Shown: piece by piece, positions 1 to 12,000 of the stretch
How positions within the stretch are numbered: position 1 is the stretch's first letter
Layout: the number at the start of each line of letters is the position of its first letter
Assembly: GCA_964019425.1 (NCBI GenBank)
Contig: OZ025793.1
Location: forward strand, 682,001-746,000
Direction of reading: 5' to 3'
Length of the DNA stretch: 64,000 nucleotides
Source: Flectonema sp. DT1601
Lineage: Eukaryota
Position numbers and translations under genes: made by a program
Notes under the pieces: model-generated
What the model saw: the letters and a program-made list of their open reading frames with translations, nothing else
Told to the model about the DNA's origin: nothing
The model's database searches: none

Positions 1-359
1 CAAAAAAAAAAAGAAAACAAAAGAGACGAAATAGAACCCTGCTGGAAATGTTTCCTTTTCCTCCCCTACCCCTCCCCCTTACCCCCTCCCACATCGGTTT
101 GTGTAATTAATTTGATATTTTGCGTCGATTTGGAAAATACAAGCGAAGCAGTGAAGGAATAAAAGGTTAAGTTTGGGCATCACGAATGCCTGTCAGTGAT
201 ACCCGTAGATATCATAGTTAAACGTTCTTCTAAGTTACGAATTACTCACAACAGACATATAAAATGGTTTTGGATAAGTGGCCACTCTCTTACAGGCAGT
301 AGATAGTAGTAGCTGTAAACCTATATCGTCTAACAGGTTATCAAAAAATATTTAAAAAT

Positions 360-2096
360 ATGAAAGGAACAACAGCAATCCTATTCTTCACAACAATATT
401 AACACCAGTCATTGGAGGATGGAACACAGACTACACAGGAGTAGAAGTTAATCATCCAAATGGAGGTGATGCTAATGGACAGTATAGTTTCGCTGGTGGA
501 ATTCCGCCTTACAAGCAGGTAGGAAATAGTAACTACGCGATGGACTTTACTTCAGGTGGAGTAAGGACCTACTGGGGCATTTATTTCAAAGACGGTAACC
601 GACCTGTATTGCGACAGAGTTGTAATGATGCAGCGAGTGCAGGTCCATTTAGTTATGCTCTCGGTGATCTCTGTCAGTGTTCTTGGGATTCCTCGGGGAG
701 TACTGCAGTTGTTTATGGTATTAAAGGAACTGTTGTTGAAAGAGTTGATAAGTGTGGGACTCCTACAACTTTAGCACCAACAGAAATACCAACGGTGGCT
801 CCAACAGAAACCCCAACAGTGGCACCAACAGAGGTGCCGACAGTGGCACCAACAAAAATACCAACAGTGGCACCAACAGAAATACCAACAGTGGCACCAA
901 CAGAGGTGCCGACAGTGGGTCCAACAGAGGTGCCAACAATTGCTCCAACAGAAATGCCAACAGTAGTCCCAACGATGGCTCCAACAGAGATACCGACTGG
1001 AACTCCAACGAACACTCCGACAGGAAACTCTTCTATTTCACCTTCTGATGTACCGACATCCGTTCCTACATTCGTTCCAACATCTGTTCCAACGACTCAA
1101 CCACCAAGTTCTGAGTGCTCTTTAATATTTCTCTCTGACACTATCTCCTGCCCTGTGAATTCATCCCTCGTAGGCGGAGGTATTATTAGAAATTGTAAGA
1201 CTGACGTCTGCAAGTTGCTGTCGGAGATCGACTTTTCAAAGAAACCTGCCGGAATAACAGGAATCAATGGAAAAGACGTTGTCGTACAATATAACGAAAA
1301 CAAGACTTGTGTTGTGAAAGACTACGACGGTGACTGGTCCAGTGAGAATGCAATTTGTAGGAAAATGAGTGACCCGATATGTGGATCCATAACATTAGAG
1401 AATATACAAACCTCAACAGATTCAGAGTGTGTATCAAGGAAGGGAAGTGTTAGTAAGAATCAATTAGATACTTGTGGTGTTGATATTTGTTGGGCTCTTG
1501 ATACTCAGGCAATTCGATCACCAATTGATAAAAAGACTATTTACGAGTGTGCTGGTCTTGATCTCAACTATCACACAGAAACCACAACCGAAGTAGGAAA
1601 GCTATTCCCAATGCTATGTGATCCCTGTTCCGCCATTGCGATTCATGTTAAAGGATGCCCTGATGGTTTTATCCAGGCAGACATTTCTCTTCTTAGAAAA
1701 TGCACTTCCTTAATGTGTTCAACTATCGGAAGCGCTGGTTTTTTGATCGGAAATTCCGCAACTGTAGAAAAAGATTCCCTCAGCTGTCAAGTTTTAAATT
1801 ATCAAAAAACTCCTCTCTCAGACACAACCTATGCCTGTGTGAAGGGAGCTGCAGAAGGTAATTCAAGTTCGGACTCAGTCCTCATCATTGTTATAATTAT
1901 CGCAGGAGTGTGTTGTCTTATTGTTATTGTTGCTGCATTAGTCTATCGTAGAAGGACAAAAGTAGCGTTTTCAGAAAAGCAGAGACATGAGATACTGATT
2001 GAGCTTCACGATGATGATTTTGGTAGTCTCAAAGATAATAATAACAACTACACTAATACAATTGTTCCCTCTGTCTCGCCAATAGAACTCGCTTAG
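360..2096 (+). CDS. Type I membrane surface protein with Pro/Thr (PT) repeat stalk and Cys-rich ectodomain, 578 aa
   Basis: Hydrophobic N-terminus (MKGTTAILFFTTILTPVIG), 8-aa PTE(I/V)PTVA repeats, Cys-rich region, TM segment VLIIVIIIAGVCCLIVIVAALVY followed by RRR and a short tail. Confidence 0.85.
   Translation: MKGTTAILFFTTILTPVIGGWNTDYTGVEVNHPNGGDANGQYSFAGGIPPYKQVGNSNYAMDFTSGGVRTYWGIYFKDGNRPVLRQSCNDAASAGPFSYALGDLCQCSWDSSGSTAVVYGIKGTVVERVDKCGTPTTLAPTEIPTVAPTETPTVAPTEVPTVAPTKIPTVAPTEIPTVAPTEVPTVGPTEVPTIAPTEMPTVVPTMAPTEIPTGTPTNTPTGNSSISPSDVPTSVPTFVPTSVPTTQPPSSECSLIFLSDTISCPVNSSLVGGGIIRNCKTDVCKLLSEIDFSKKPAGITGINGKDVVVQYNENKTCVVKDYDGDWSSENAICRKMSDPICGSITLENIQTSTDSECVSRKGSVSKNQLDTCGVDICWALDTQAIRSPIDKKTIYECAGLDLNYHTETTTEVGKLFPMLCDPCSAIAIHVKGCPDGFIQADISLLRKCTSLMCSTIGSAGFLIGNSATVEKDSLSCQVLNYQKTPLSDTTYACVKGAAEGNSSSDSVLIIVIIIAGVCCLIVIVAALVYRRRTKVAFSEKQRHEILIELHDDDFGSLKDNNNNYTNTIVPSVSPIELA
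772..1100 (+). repeat. Coding 24-nt tandem repeat (PTExPTVA) grading into PTSV repeats
   Basis: Repeated ccaacaga(a/g)...ccaacagtggca units visible in DNA and protein. Confidence 0.9.
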
Positions 2097-3001
2097 TATG
2101 ATAACGAATATTTTCCTTTCGTCTTGTTTCGTTCTTTGTTCTCTTTATTCAAAAGAAATAACAAAGATGATGTAAATATATCAATTATGTTGTCCTTGAG
2201 AAGTATTGTTGGAGTGATGCAGATCTCCACCTGTTAGTGGAGTCCTCTGCTATCATAACAGCTTTACTAAGTTCAGATTGATGCTTATTCAGTCACTCGA
2301 ATCAGGGAGTATTTAGGCACCTCTTTCACTCATCGCTCGGCTGTTAGCCGAGCGACTTTTTTTGTTCTTGTAGGGTGGCCTCATGTTCTGAATTTCTTGG
2401 TATTTTTTTACCTTCATTGTTCTTTGGAAGCAACACCTTCCCAATCAGTTGTGACTGTAGTATGACTGGCTGTTGATTCTCAGCTGTCAAACTGTTTCTA
2501 TTTTATTTTCGATGTACTTTTGTAGAGTTGTTGTTCTTCTCCCAAAAAAAAAAAAGTAATTTCTTTACTTTATAGTTGTGGCTTTACTGTTGCTTTCCCT
2601 TTACGTATCGATAACCACAGCGCAGCTTTTTGTCTTTCAGTTTTTCATGTTGTTTGACCCATTCGATACTTGTGGGGTGTCGGAGGTCTCACTGCTGGTT
2701 GTAACATTTTGTGTGCGTTTATCTTTTGATATTTCTTTGTTGTATCAAAAGTAACCCATTTAGATCCCCAATCGTCTAGCGTTATCTTCTCAATTTTATT
2801 TAAAACTAACGATCAATTACGGTAGCGGTCGGTAGGGGGTTTTTTCTTCTTGCGAACAATACACTTTTTTCTGATCTTTATGTATTCAGTTTCTTGTTTC
2901 TATCCCGACATAATGCTCTGTGTTACATTAAGCTTATTCTTTTGCTGATGGAGAGAGTCTTCAGTCTGTTTATGTTGTTTTTTAAACAGGTCTCTCCCCA
3001 A

Positions 3002-6000
3002 ATGGACGGATCTGTGAATGTAATGTTGAAATGGGTGGTGATTGTGATGTTAATTGTTTCATGTTGCAGTCAGTCGATTACTGTATCAACTACCACTGCG
3101 ACTACTACAGAAGATACAACAGCAGCGGGTAACACTGTCACTTTTACTGTTGTTTTAGCAACTCAACCAATGAATGAAGTAACTATTCCGATTAGCTCAG
3201 GAGATGTATCCGAGGGAACGGTATCTCCAGGTAGTGTAGTGTTTACTACAACTGACTGGAATGTTGCTCAACAAGTAACAGTGACAGGTGTCAATGATAA
3301 TATTGATGATGGTAACATTATCTACACACTATCACTAGGTCCTTCAACATCGAGTGATAACAGTTACAGTGGTCTGACAAGTACTGTTGCAGTCACTAAC
3401 ACTGATGATGATACTGCAGGAATAGCAGTGACAACACCAAGTAACTCCGCTACAACTACTGAAGGAGGTACTTCTATTACTTTTACAGTTAGTTTAGAAT
3501 CCGAACCAATTGGAACTGGTGCTTCTGTTGTTTCGATATCGATGACAAGTTCCGACACAACAGAAGGAGTTGTGTCCCCGTCTGGTCTAACATTCACATC
3601 AGGGAATTGGTTCGTATTTCAAACTGTAACTATTACTGGTCAGAATGATGATGTACAAGATGGTGATGTTAATTATAATATTCAATTTAACGACGCCAGT
3701 TCAACTGATCCAACTTATGATGGAATGACTACAGCAGCCTTAACAATAACTAACACTGATGATGATACAGCTGGTGTTTCAATAGCGCCAACAGCATTGT
3801 TGACGAGTGAACCGTCTTCTGTTTCTACGTTCACATTAGTGTTGGATTCAGAGCCTTTGGGTGATGTTACTATACCTGTCGTGTCGGGTAATCTAAATGA
3901 GGGAACAGTTTTAGTTTCTCAAGTAATATTCAAACCAACAAATTGGAACACAATACAAACAGTGACCGTCAACAGTGTTGATGATGATATTGCTGATGGA
4001 TCTGTTTCTTATTCTATTGAACTTCAGGCAATAACCAGTCCTGCTGATACTAATTACAATAACTTTAATCCAACAGATGTAACAGTTGTTAACGCTGATA
4101 ATGATGCAGCAGGTGTTACTGTCTCTCCTACTACTGGATTAATTACTTCAGAAACATCATCTGCATCACCTGCTTACTTTACTATTAAGCTAAACAGTCA
4201 ACCTGTCGGTGATGTTATTATTACTCCGACATCAAGCCTTCTTACTGAAGGTACAGTAACTCCAACAACTCTAACCTTCACTTCTGTAAACTGGAACTCT
4301 GAACAGTCGGTTACTGTGACTGGTATGTCTTGTTGTTATTTTTATTATTCCCCACGTGTTTCTCTAGAATGCATGCTTTCCTTGTGCGGCGTGGCGTGCT
4401 GTCTTTCCCTCTAGTTGGCTACATGATGATAATTTGATCGATATATTTTCCGTTAGGTGCGTAGCTCCTGATGTGGATGAAACGTCAATATTCCATGCTT
4501 TACCTGAATCTTCTACTTTCTTAGTGCGGTGTGCTCTGTCTTTCCCTCTAGCTGGCTACATGATGATAATTTGATCGATATATTTTCCGTTAGTTGTCTG
4601 CCTTGCGTAGTTACTGATGTGGATGAAACGTCAATATTCCATGCTTTACCTGAACCTCCTGCTTTCCTAGTGCGGTGCGGTGTGCTCTGTCTCCCTCTAG
4701 TTGGCTACATGATGATAATTTGATCGATATATTTTCCGTTAGTTGTCTGCCTTGCGTAGTTACTGATGTGGATGAAACGTCAATATTCCATGCTTTACCT
4801 GAACCTCCTGCTTTCCTAGTGCGGTGCGGTGTGCTCTGTCTCCCTCTAGTTGGCTACATGATGATAATTTGATCGGTATACTTTCCGTTAGTTGTCTGCC
4901 TTGCGTAGTTACTGATGTGGATGAAACGTCAATATTCCATGCTTTACCTGAACCTCCTGCTTTCCTAGTGCGGTGCGGTGTGCTCTGTCTCCCTCTAGTT
5001 GGCTACATGATGATAATTTGATCGATATATTTTCCGTTAGGCGCATAGCTCCTGATGTGGATGAAACGTCAATATTCCATGCTTTACCTGAATCCCTTGC
5101 TATCCTAGTGCGGTGCGGTGTGCTGTCTTTCCTAGGTACTCATGAGTTTATAAAAAGCTGTTACGGTAACATGGGCAAGTGGCGCTCAACTGTTCACGTG
5201 GCCTCCAGTGGTATGTTTATTTATTTGCAATCATTTACTACGCTGCCGCTGACAGTCAAGATTGTCGGAGAAATTGTTGTTCCTTTGGTCTTAAGAATGC
5301 AGTATCAAATTACCCTATCTGGCTACATGATGGTAATTTGATCGATATACTTTCCGTTAGTTGTCTGCCTTGCGTAGCTCCTGATGTGGATGAAACGTCA
5401 ATATTCTATGCTTTACCTGAATCTTCTACTTTCTTAGTGCGGTGTGCTCTGTCTTTCCCTCTAGCTGGCTACATGATGATAATTTGATCGATATATTTTC
5501 CGTTAGTTGTCTGCCTTGCGTAGTTACTGATGTGGATGAAACGTCAATATTCCATGCTTTACCTGAACCTCCTGCTTTCCTAGTGCGGTGCGGTGTGCTC
5601 TGTCTCCCTCTAGTTGGCTACATGATGATAATTTGATCGATATATTTTCCGTTAGTTGTCTGCCTTGCGTAGTTACTGATGTGGATGAAACGTCAATATT
5701 CCATGCTTTACCTGAATCCCTTTGCTTTCTTAGTGCGGTGCGGTGTGCTCTGTCTCCCTCTAGTTGGCTACATGATGATAATTTGATCGATATATTTTCC
5801 GTTAGTTGTCTGCCTTGCGTAGTTACTGATGTGGATGAAACGTCAATATTCCATGCTTTACCTGTATCTCCTGCTGTCTTTGTGAAGTGTGCTCTGTCTC
5901 TCTTTTCTGTTCACTGTTAACGCTGTATAATGAATAATACTTGTACAATCTTTCTTCATCCGTAAATCAGCAGATGCTCAACTTGACGAGGAGGCCTTAT

Positions 6001-9000
6001 CTCAACTATTACCTGTCTTAAGCCTATAATTCCTGGATCCTAACCTTTCTGTCTGCCAGCACATCGATAGCCTGTACGACCGTTGTGATCTTCTTCCGCG
6101 CTGCGCCGATGACGGACGTGTTACGGACGTGTCGCTATCTTTCCCAACGGAAACCAATTCCATAACGATGAGTTCATCTTTATCGGAAACGTTTACTTTG
6201 AGTGTTAGTGGAAGTTTATCTCTTCCGACTGCCTCTGTGACATTCTCTAATAGTTTAACTTACTCAGAAAGTAATAGTATTTCAGTATCTGTATCAATAT
6301 CATTACCGACTGACACTGCGAGTCTAACCTTTTCGGATTCTCTCACATATACTGATTCACTGACTGGTACTTCTTCTCTTTCGGAATCGATCAGTTATTC
6401 GAAGTCGTTGTACACTATTCGATATTTTAGTGAGTACTCAGTGGTGTTGTGGGAGTGATAAAAGTTTATTTCCCCTGAATTAATCCACAAACAGGTGCTG
6501 ATGACAACGTAGTTGATGGTGCGGTTGCCTATTCGATATCGTTGGCATCGACGAGTGCTTTGGATCCAAATTATGTTACGACACCTGCAACAGTCACGGC
6601 ATCGAATACGGATGATGATGTTGCTGGTGTGACAGTAACTCCTCTAACTGCGATGGAAACACAAGAAGCAACTACAGCCACAGTTGCGAGGTTTTCTGTT
6701 GTGTTAGACAGTCAGCCCACTGGAAGTGTAACAATTCCAATCCACAGCGAGAATGCAGCGGAAGGTGTTATCGACAAAGTTTCACTTACGTTTACTTCAG
6801 CAGACTGGAACGCCCCTCAAGAAGTTTCAATTACGGGAATTGATGACAACATTGATGACGGTAACGTTGTTTACCAAGTAGCTGTTCAAAGCGCTGCTTC
6901 ATCTGATCCAAATTACAGCGGCTTCGACCCGACAGATGTCACAGTTACAAACATTGATGACGACACGGCTGATATTACTGTAAGTCAAATAGACAGAAGT
7001 GTTTCAGAAAGTGGTACCACAGGTATATTTACTGTTGTATTGGCAAGCGAACCGACAGCGGAAGTCACGCTATCAGTCAGCAGTTCTGATGTAACAGAAG
7101 GAGTTTGCTCTCATACGAGTGTTGTATTTACTCCTCTAAGATGGAATATAGCTTTAACAGTTACTGTGACTGGTGTTGATGATAATGTGGATGATGGTGA
7201 CGTTGCATATGTTGTGACGTTAGGGACAGCTGTGAGTTCAGATCCGTCGTACAGTGGGTTTGCTGCATCAGATGTTGCAGTGACTACTTTAGATGATGAC
7301 ACAGCAGGAGTGACTATTGCTCAGTCTACTGGTTTAACAACAACTGAATCAGGTGGAACAGCACAGTTCACAATTGTACTCAACTCAGAGCCCAGTGGTG
7401 CTGGAGCCAGTCTGGTAACAATCCCTATTTCATCATCAAACATATTAGAGGGAACGGTCGCATTCAGTTCTTATATATTCACATCAGCAAATTGGCAAGT
7501 CCCTCAAACGGTTACTGTAACTGGTGTTGATGATAATGTTGATGATGGTGACACAACTTACTCAATAGTTTTCAGTGCCGCGACATCAACAGATAGTAAG
7601 TACGATGCGTACATTGCAACATCTGTTTCTGTAACAAATACTGATGATGATACTGCTGGTATTGTTATTGCTCCAAATGCTTTTACGATTTCAGAACCTT
7701 CGACGACGCAAACCTTTACAGTTGTACTAAACAGTAAACCTATTGATGAAGTGACTATTCCATTTTCATCTACAGATCTAACAGAAGGATTCCTTGACGT
7801 ATCGAATATAATATTTAGAGTTGATAATTGGAATGTTGAGCAAACTGTTTCAGTCACTGCTGTGAATGATGATATCGCAGATGGTTCTCAAGTTTTTCAA
7901 ATTCAATCACCAAATACAATTAGTAATGATGCTTCGTATAATAGTATTACAGCATCCTCAATTGATATCACTACCACAGATAATGATGTCGCTGGTATCT
8001 CACTTGCGACAGCTCCAACTGGTGGAGTTCTGAGCACTTCTGAAAGCAGTACGTCTGGAGCCCCTTCGACTGCTTCATTCTCTTTAGTTCTTGACTCTGA
8101 ACCAACATCTGACGTTACGGTTACAACAACAACTAATGACGTCACTGAAGGTGAACCAACAGCAGCTACACAACAATTAATTTTTAATTCTTTAAATTGG
8201 AACATTCCACAACAAGTAACTATAACTGGACTCGATGACAACTCAGTTGACGGTACAGTCTCATACATTGTGACTTGTACTTCAACAAGTCAAGATAGTG
8301 CTTACAGAGGATTAACACTTCAGATTAATGCTCAGAATAGTGATAATGACAGTGCGGGTGTTAGTATTAGTAGACTTACGGTAACAGTTTTTGAAGATGC
8401 TGCATTAGGTAGTACAGAAACGATAACTGTTGTGTTAGATAGTGAGCCGACAGATAACGTAGCAATCGCTGTTATTAGTGGTGACTCAACAGAAAGTATT
8501 GCAAACCCAACTAATATGATATTCACATCAACAACATGGAATGTTGCTCAAACAATAACAATTACAGCTGTTGATGATCAAGTTGATGATGGTGATGTTA
8601 CTCATGACATTGTAATTGGACAGGTCACTAGTTCAGATGCTTCTTACAGAGGATTTAATCCCCCAGACATATCAGTCACAACAATTGATAATGATATGAG
8701 AGGTATAACTGTTAGTCAAACTACTGGACTTGTCACATCAGAAACTGGAACAACAGCAACCTTTACTGTTGTATTAGACAGTATGCCTTCAGATGATGTA
8801 GAAGTTACATTCTCTAGTGATCTGACTGAAGTTTCAATTAGTCCATCATCGTTAGTCTTCACACCTGCGACGTGGAATTTAGCAAAGGCTATTGTCATCA
8901 CAGGTATTGATGATCAGGTAGCTGACGGAGATATCCTCACTGAGATCTCTTCAACTGCAGCAGTTAGTAGTGATCCGACCTACAGCGGACTTACACCAAA

Positions 9001-12000
9001 TTCAGTTTTCGTAACAAATTCTGACGATGACACTGCCAGTATTATCGTGACTCCTATTTCAGTTCCTTTGCAAGTCTCTGAAGCTGGGCTATCGTCAACT
9101 TTTGGAGTTGTTTTGGGAAGCAAGCCTGAGGGAAATGTTTTAATTACATATTCTGTTAGTGACAACACAGAAGCTTCTCTTGATAGATCTCAATTAACGT
9201 TCACTCCAACAACTTGGTCATTAATTCAAACTATAACAGTGGTTGGATTGAATGATGATTTGGCTGATGGAGATCAGACTTTCTCAGTTGACAGTAGTCG
9301 TGCTGTTAGTAGTGATAACATGTATGCGACGTTGTCACCTCATTCAGTAAATGTCTTGTGCAGTGATGATGACAGTGTTGGTGTTGTTGTTACTCCGACT
9401 ACTGGAATTATTACATCAGAAGATGCTTCTTCTCCTCAAAATACGGCTACTTTCACTGTACTATTAGCAACCCAACCAGCTGCTTCTGTTCAATTTTCTA
9501 TTTCTGTTTCGATACCAACCGAAGCCATCACAAACGTCGATCGCTTGACATTCACTTCAGCTAATTATAATACACCTCAAACTGTTACAGTAACTGGTGT
9601 TGATGATTTAAAGGACGATGATTCAGTAACTTATTCAATTCAAATAGGACCTGGGACAGGAGGTGATCCTCAATACGTTGGATTCGATCCAGATGATGTT
9701 AGTTGTGTAAATCTTGATAATGACAATGCTGGTGTACTTGTAACTCCAACAAGTGGACTAATCGTCAGCAGAACTGGAACCACAACTGAGTTTACTGTAG
9801 TTTTAAGTAGCGAACCTGATTCTAATGTTCAGCTTAGCGTTCAAAGTGAAGACACTACTGAAGGAACTGTCAGCACGAGTTCTGTCGCATTTACAACTTC
9901 TAATTGGAATGTTCCACAAACAGTAATAGTGACGGGAGTTGATGATAATATAGATGATGGTAATCAGGTTTTTATTATAACTTTAGGACAGCCAACAGGT
10001 GATCCAAAGTACAGTATCCTCAGCTCAACACGAGTAACTGTTACTAATGTTGATGATGATACTGCAGGTATAACTGTTGCTGCTAGTAGTTCTCAGATGA
10101 CTACAACAGAAAGTGGAGGACAGTCGACCTTTACGATTTCATTAACAAGTATGCCTGCTGAGGATGTGACAATTAATTTACAGTCGTCTGATATGTCAGA
10201 AGGTACTCCTTCGCCATCAAGTGTAACTTTCACACAATCTAATTGGTTGACTACTCGTATTATCACTATCACTGGACAAGATGACTCAATCGATGATGGT
10301 GATATAATGTATACAATCATAGCACATCCGGCACAGTCAAATGATGCAAAGTATAGAGGTATGTGATATGTGTATTCTTTTTTTTTTGTACTTACAAACC
10401 CATTGATCGGTAGAAAGAGAATTGTGGCAGCGTAACTACCTATTCCTTTATTAGGATTTTCTACCGGTTGCGCACAAACAAAAAATGTAGTATTTCTTTT
10501 CTTATGCAAGTTAAAACATAATAAAACAGGAATGGATCCACAAGACATATCAATCACAAATATTGATAACGACAGTGTTGGGTTGTCCATTAATGACAAC
10601 AATAACATGATTACATCAGAAAGTGGAACAGAATCAGCATTCGGAGTTCAGCTTTCAAGTGAACCCACAGACGTGGTAACAGTTACTATAGAAATAGAGA
10701 ATACCTCCGAGGGAGAGATCTCAAATTCTGGACCAACGCTAACGTTCACAACTGCATCATGGAATGTAATTCAAAGTGTGACAATAAAGGGAGTCGACGA
10801 CAACCGAGTCGACGGTGATGTTTCTTATGACATTACTCTGAGAGTTAATTCCGTGAATGATGCGGCTTATCGGGGAATTTCATCTTCGTTTTCAGTCACC
10901 AACACCGACGACGACGTCGCCGGTTATATTTATTCAGTTGTCCCGAGTGTCATCTTGCAAACGACGGAGGCGGGAGGTTCGTCATCGTTGACAGTGAAAT
11001 TACAAACTCAACCTTCTCAAAATGTTATTATTTCATACTCTGTTTCTGACACAGCTGAAGCAGTATTGAATACACCGCAATTGACGTTCACTCCAAATAA
11101 TTGGAATGCCGAGCAACTATTAATTGTGACAGGTAGAGATGACTTCGTCGATGATGGTGACGTGACATTTCAACTTACGGCATCTGTAAGTACAACTGAC
11201 TTGGTTTACACAAACATATCACCTCCTTTTTTAACGGTGACTAACACTGATGATGATGTAGCTGACGTTGCAGTTTCTCCGAATGCGGGTTTGCAAACAT
11301 CCGAAGACGGTACTGTAACTTCAGTATTTACGGTAGTTTTAAAAAGTAAACCTTTATCAAACAGTCTTGTCAGCATTCCGATAAGCAGTTCCTTAGCAAC
11401 TGAGGGAACACCATCAGCTTTACAATTACAATTCACTGGATCAAATTGGAATATTAGTCAAACAATTACAGTCTCAGGTACTGATGATGATGTTGTTGAT
11501 GGTCCTATTGATTACTCTATCATAGTGGGTGTTGCAGTTAATTATCATAATATAAACCCAACTGATGTACAACTTACTAATATTGATAATGATGTGGCAT
11601 CATTAGTTGTTAATCAATTACAACAATCAGATGTGGTTGATGAACTTGGATCTACCACGTCAAGAACTGTTCGCCTTCAATCAAAACCTTCAGATTCTGT
11701 TACCATTCCGTTAACCGTCTCGGATGATACTGAAATATCACTTAACATTCAACAGTTGTTGTTTACTACTGTTAATTGGAACATTCTACAAACAATAATC
11801 GTATCAGGTTTGAATGATGATATTGCTGATGGTGTTCAGTCATCAACAGTTCAGTTCGGAACTCCATCCTCAACCGACGCAATGTACTCCTCATTGAGTC
11901 TTGTTGGTTATAATTTTATCGTTCAGACTAGTGATGATGATGCTGCTGACTTTACTTTCGTAAGAATATCTGGTACAGAAACTGCAGAAGATTCTCAGGC

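Larger units (their letters stand above)
4323..6494 (+). other. Intron 1 of giant gene (2,172 nt), hosting the tandem repeat array
   Basis: G|GTATGT donor, CAAACAG|G acceptor, phase 1, frame restored. Confidence 0.85.

Noticed and set aside
2333..2363. Bacterial Rho-independent terminator
   Set aside because: The shape fits but the DNA is intron-containing and eukaryotic; kept only as a hairpin.
2894..3001. N-terminal ORF extensions from TTG/GTG starts (also 24911, 31716, 45327, 55224, 56556)
   Set aside because: Eukaryotic locus; downstream ATGs after AG acceptor-like sites give sensible N-termini.
4395..5900. CRISPR array
   Set aside because: Units are near-identical along their whole length with no unique spacers, there are no cas genes, and the context is eukaryotic.
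4529..5920. Repeated 64-122 aa ORFs (MRCALSPSSWLHDD...)
   Set aside because: By-products of a 149-bp unit (not a multiple of 3) with GTG starts inside an intron.
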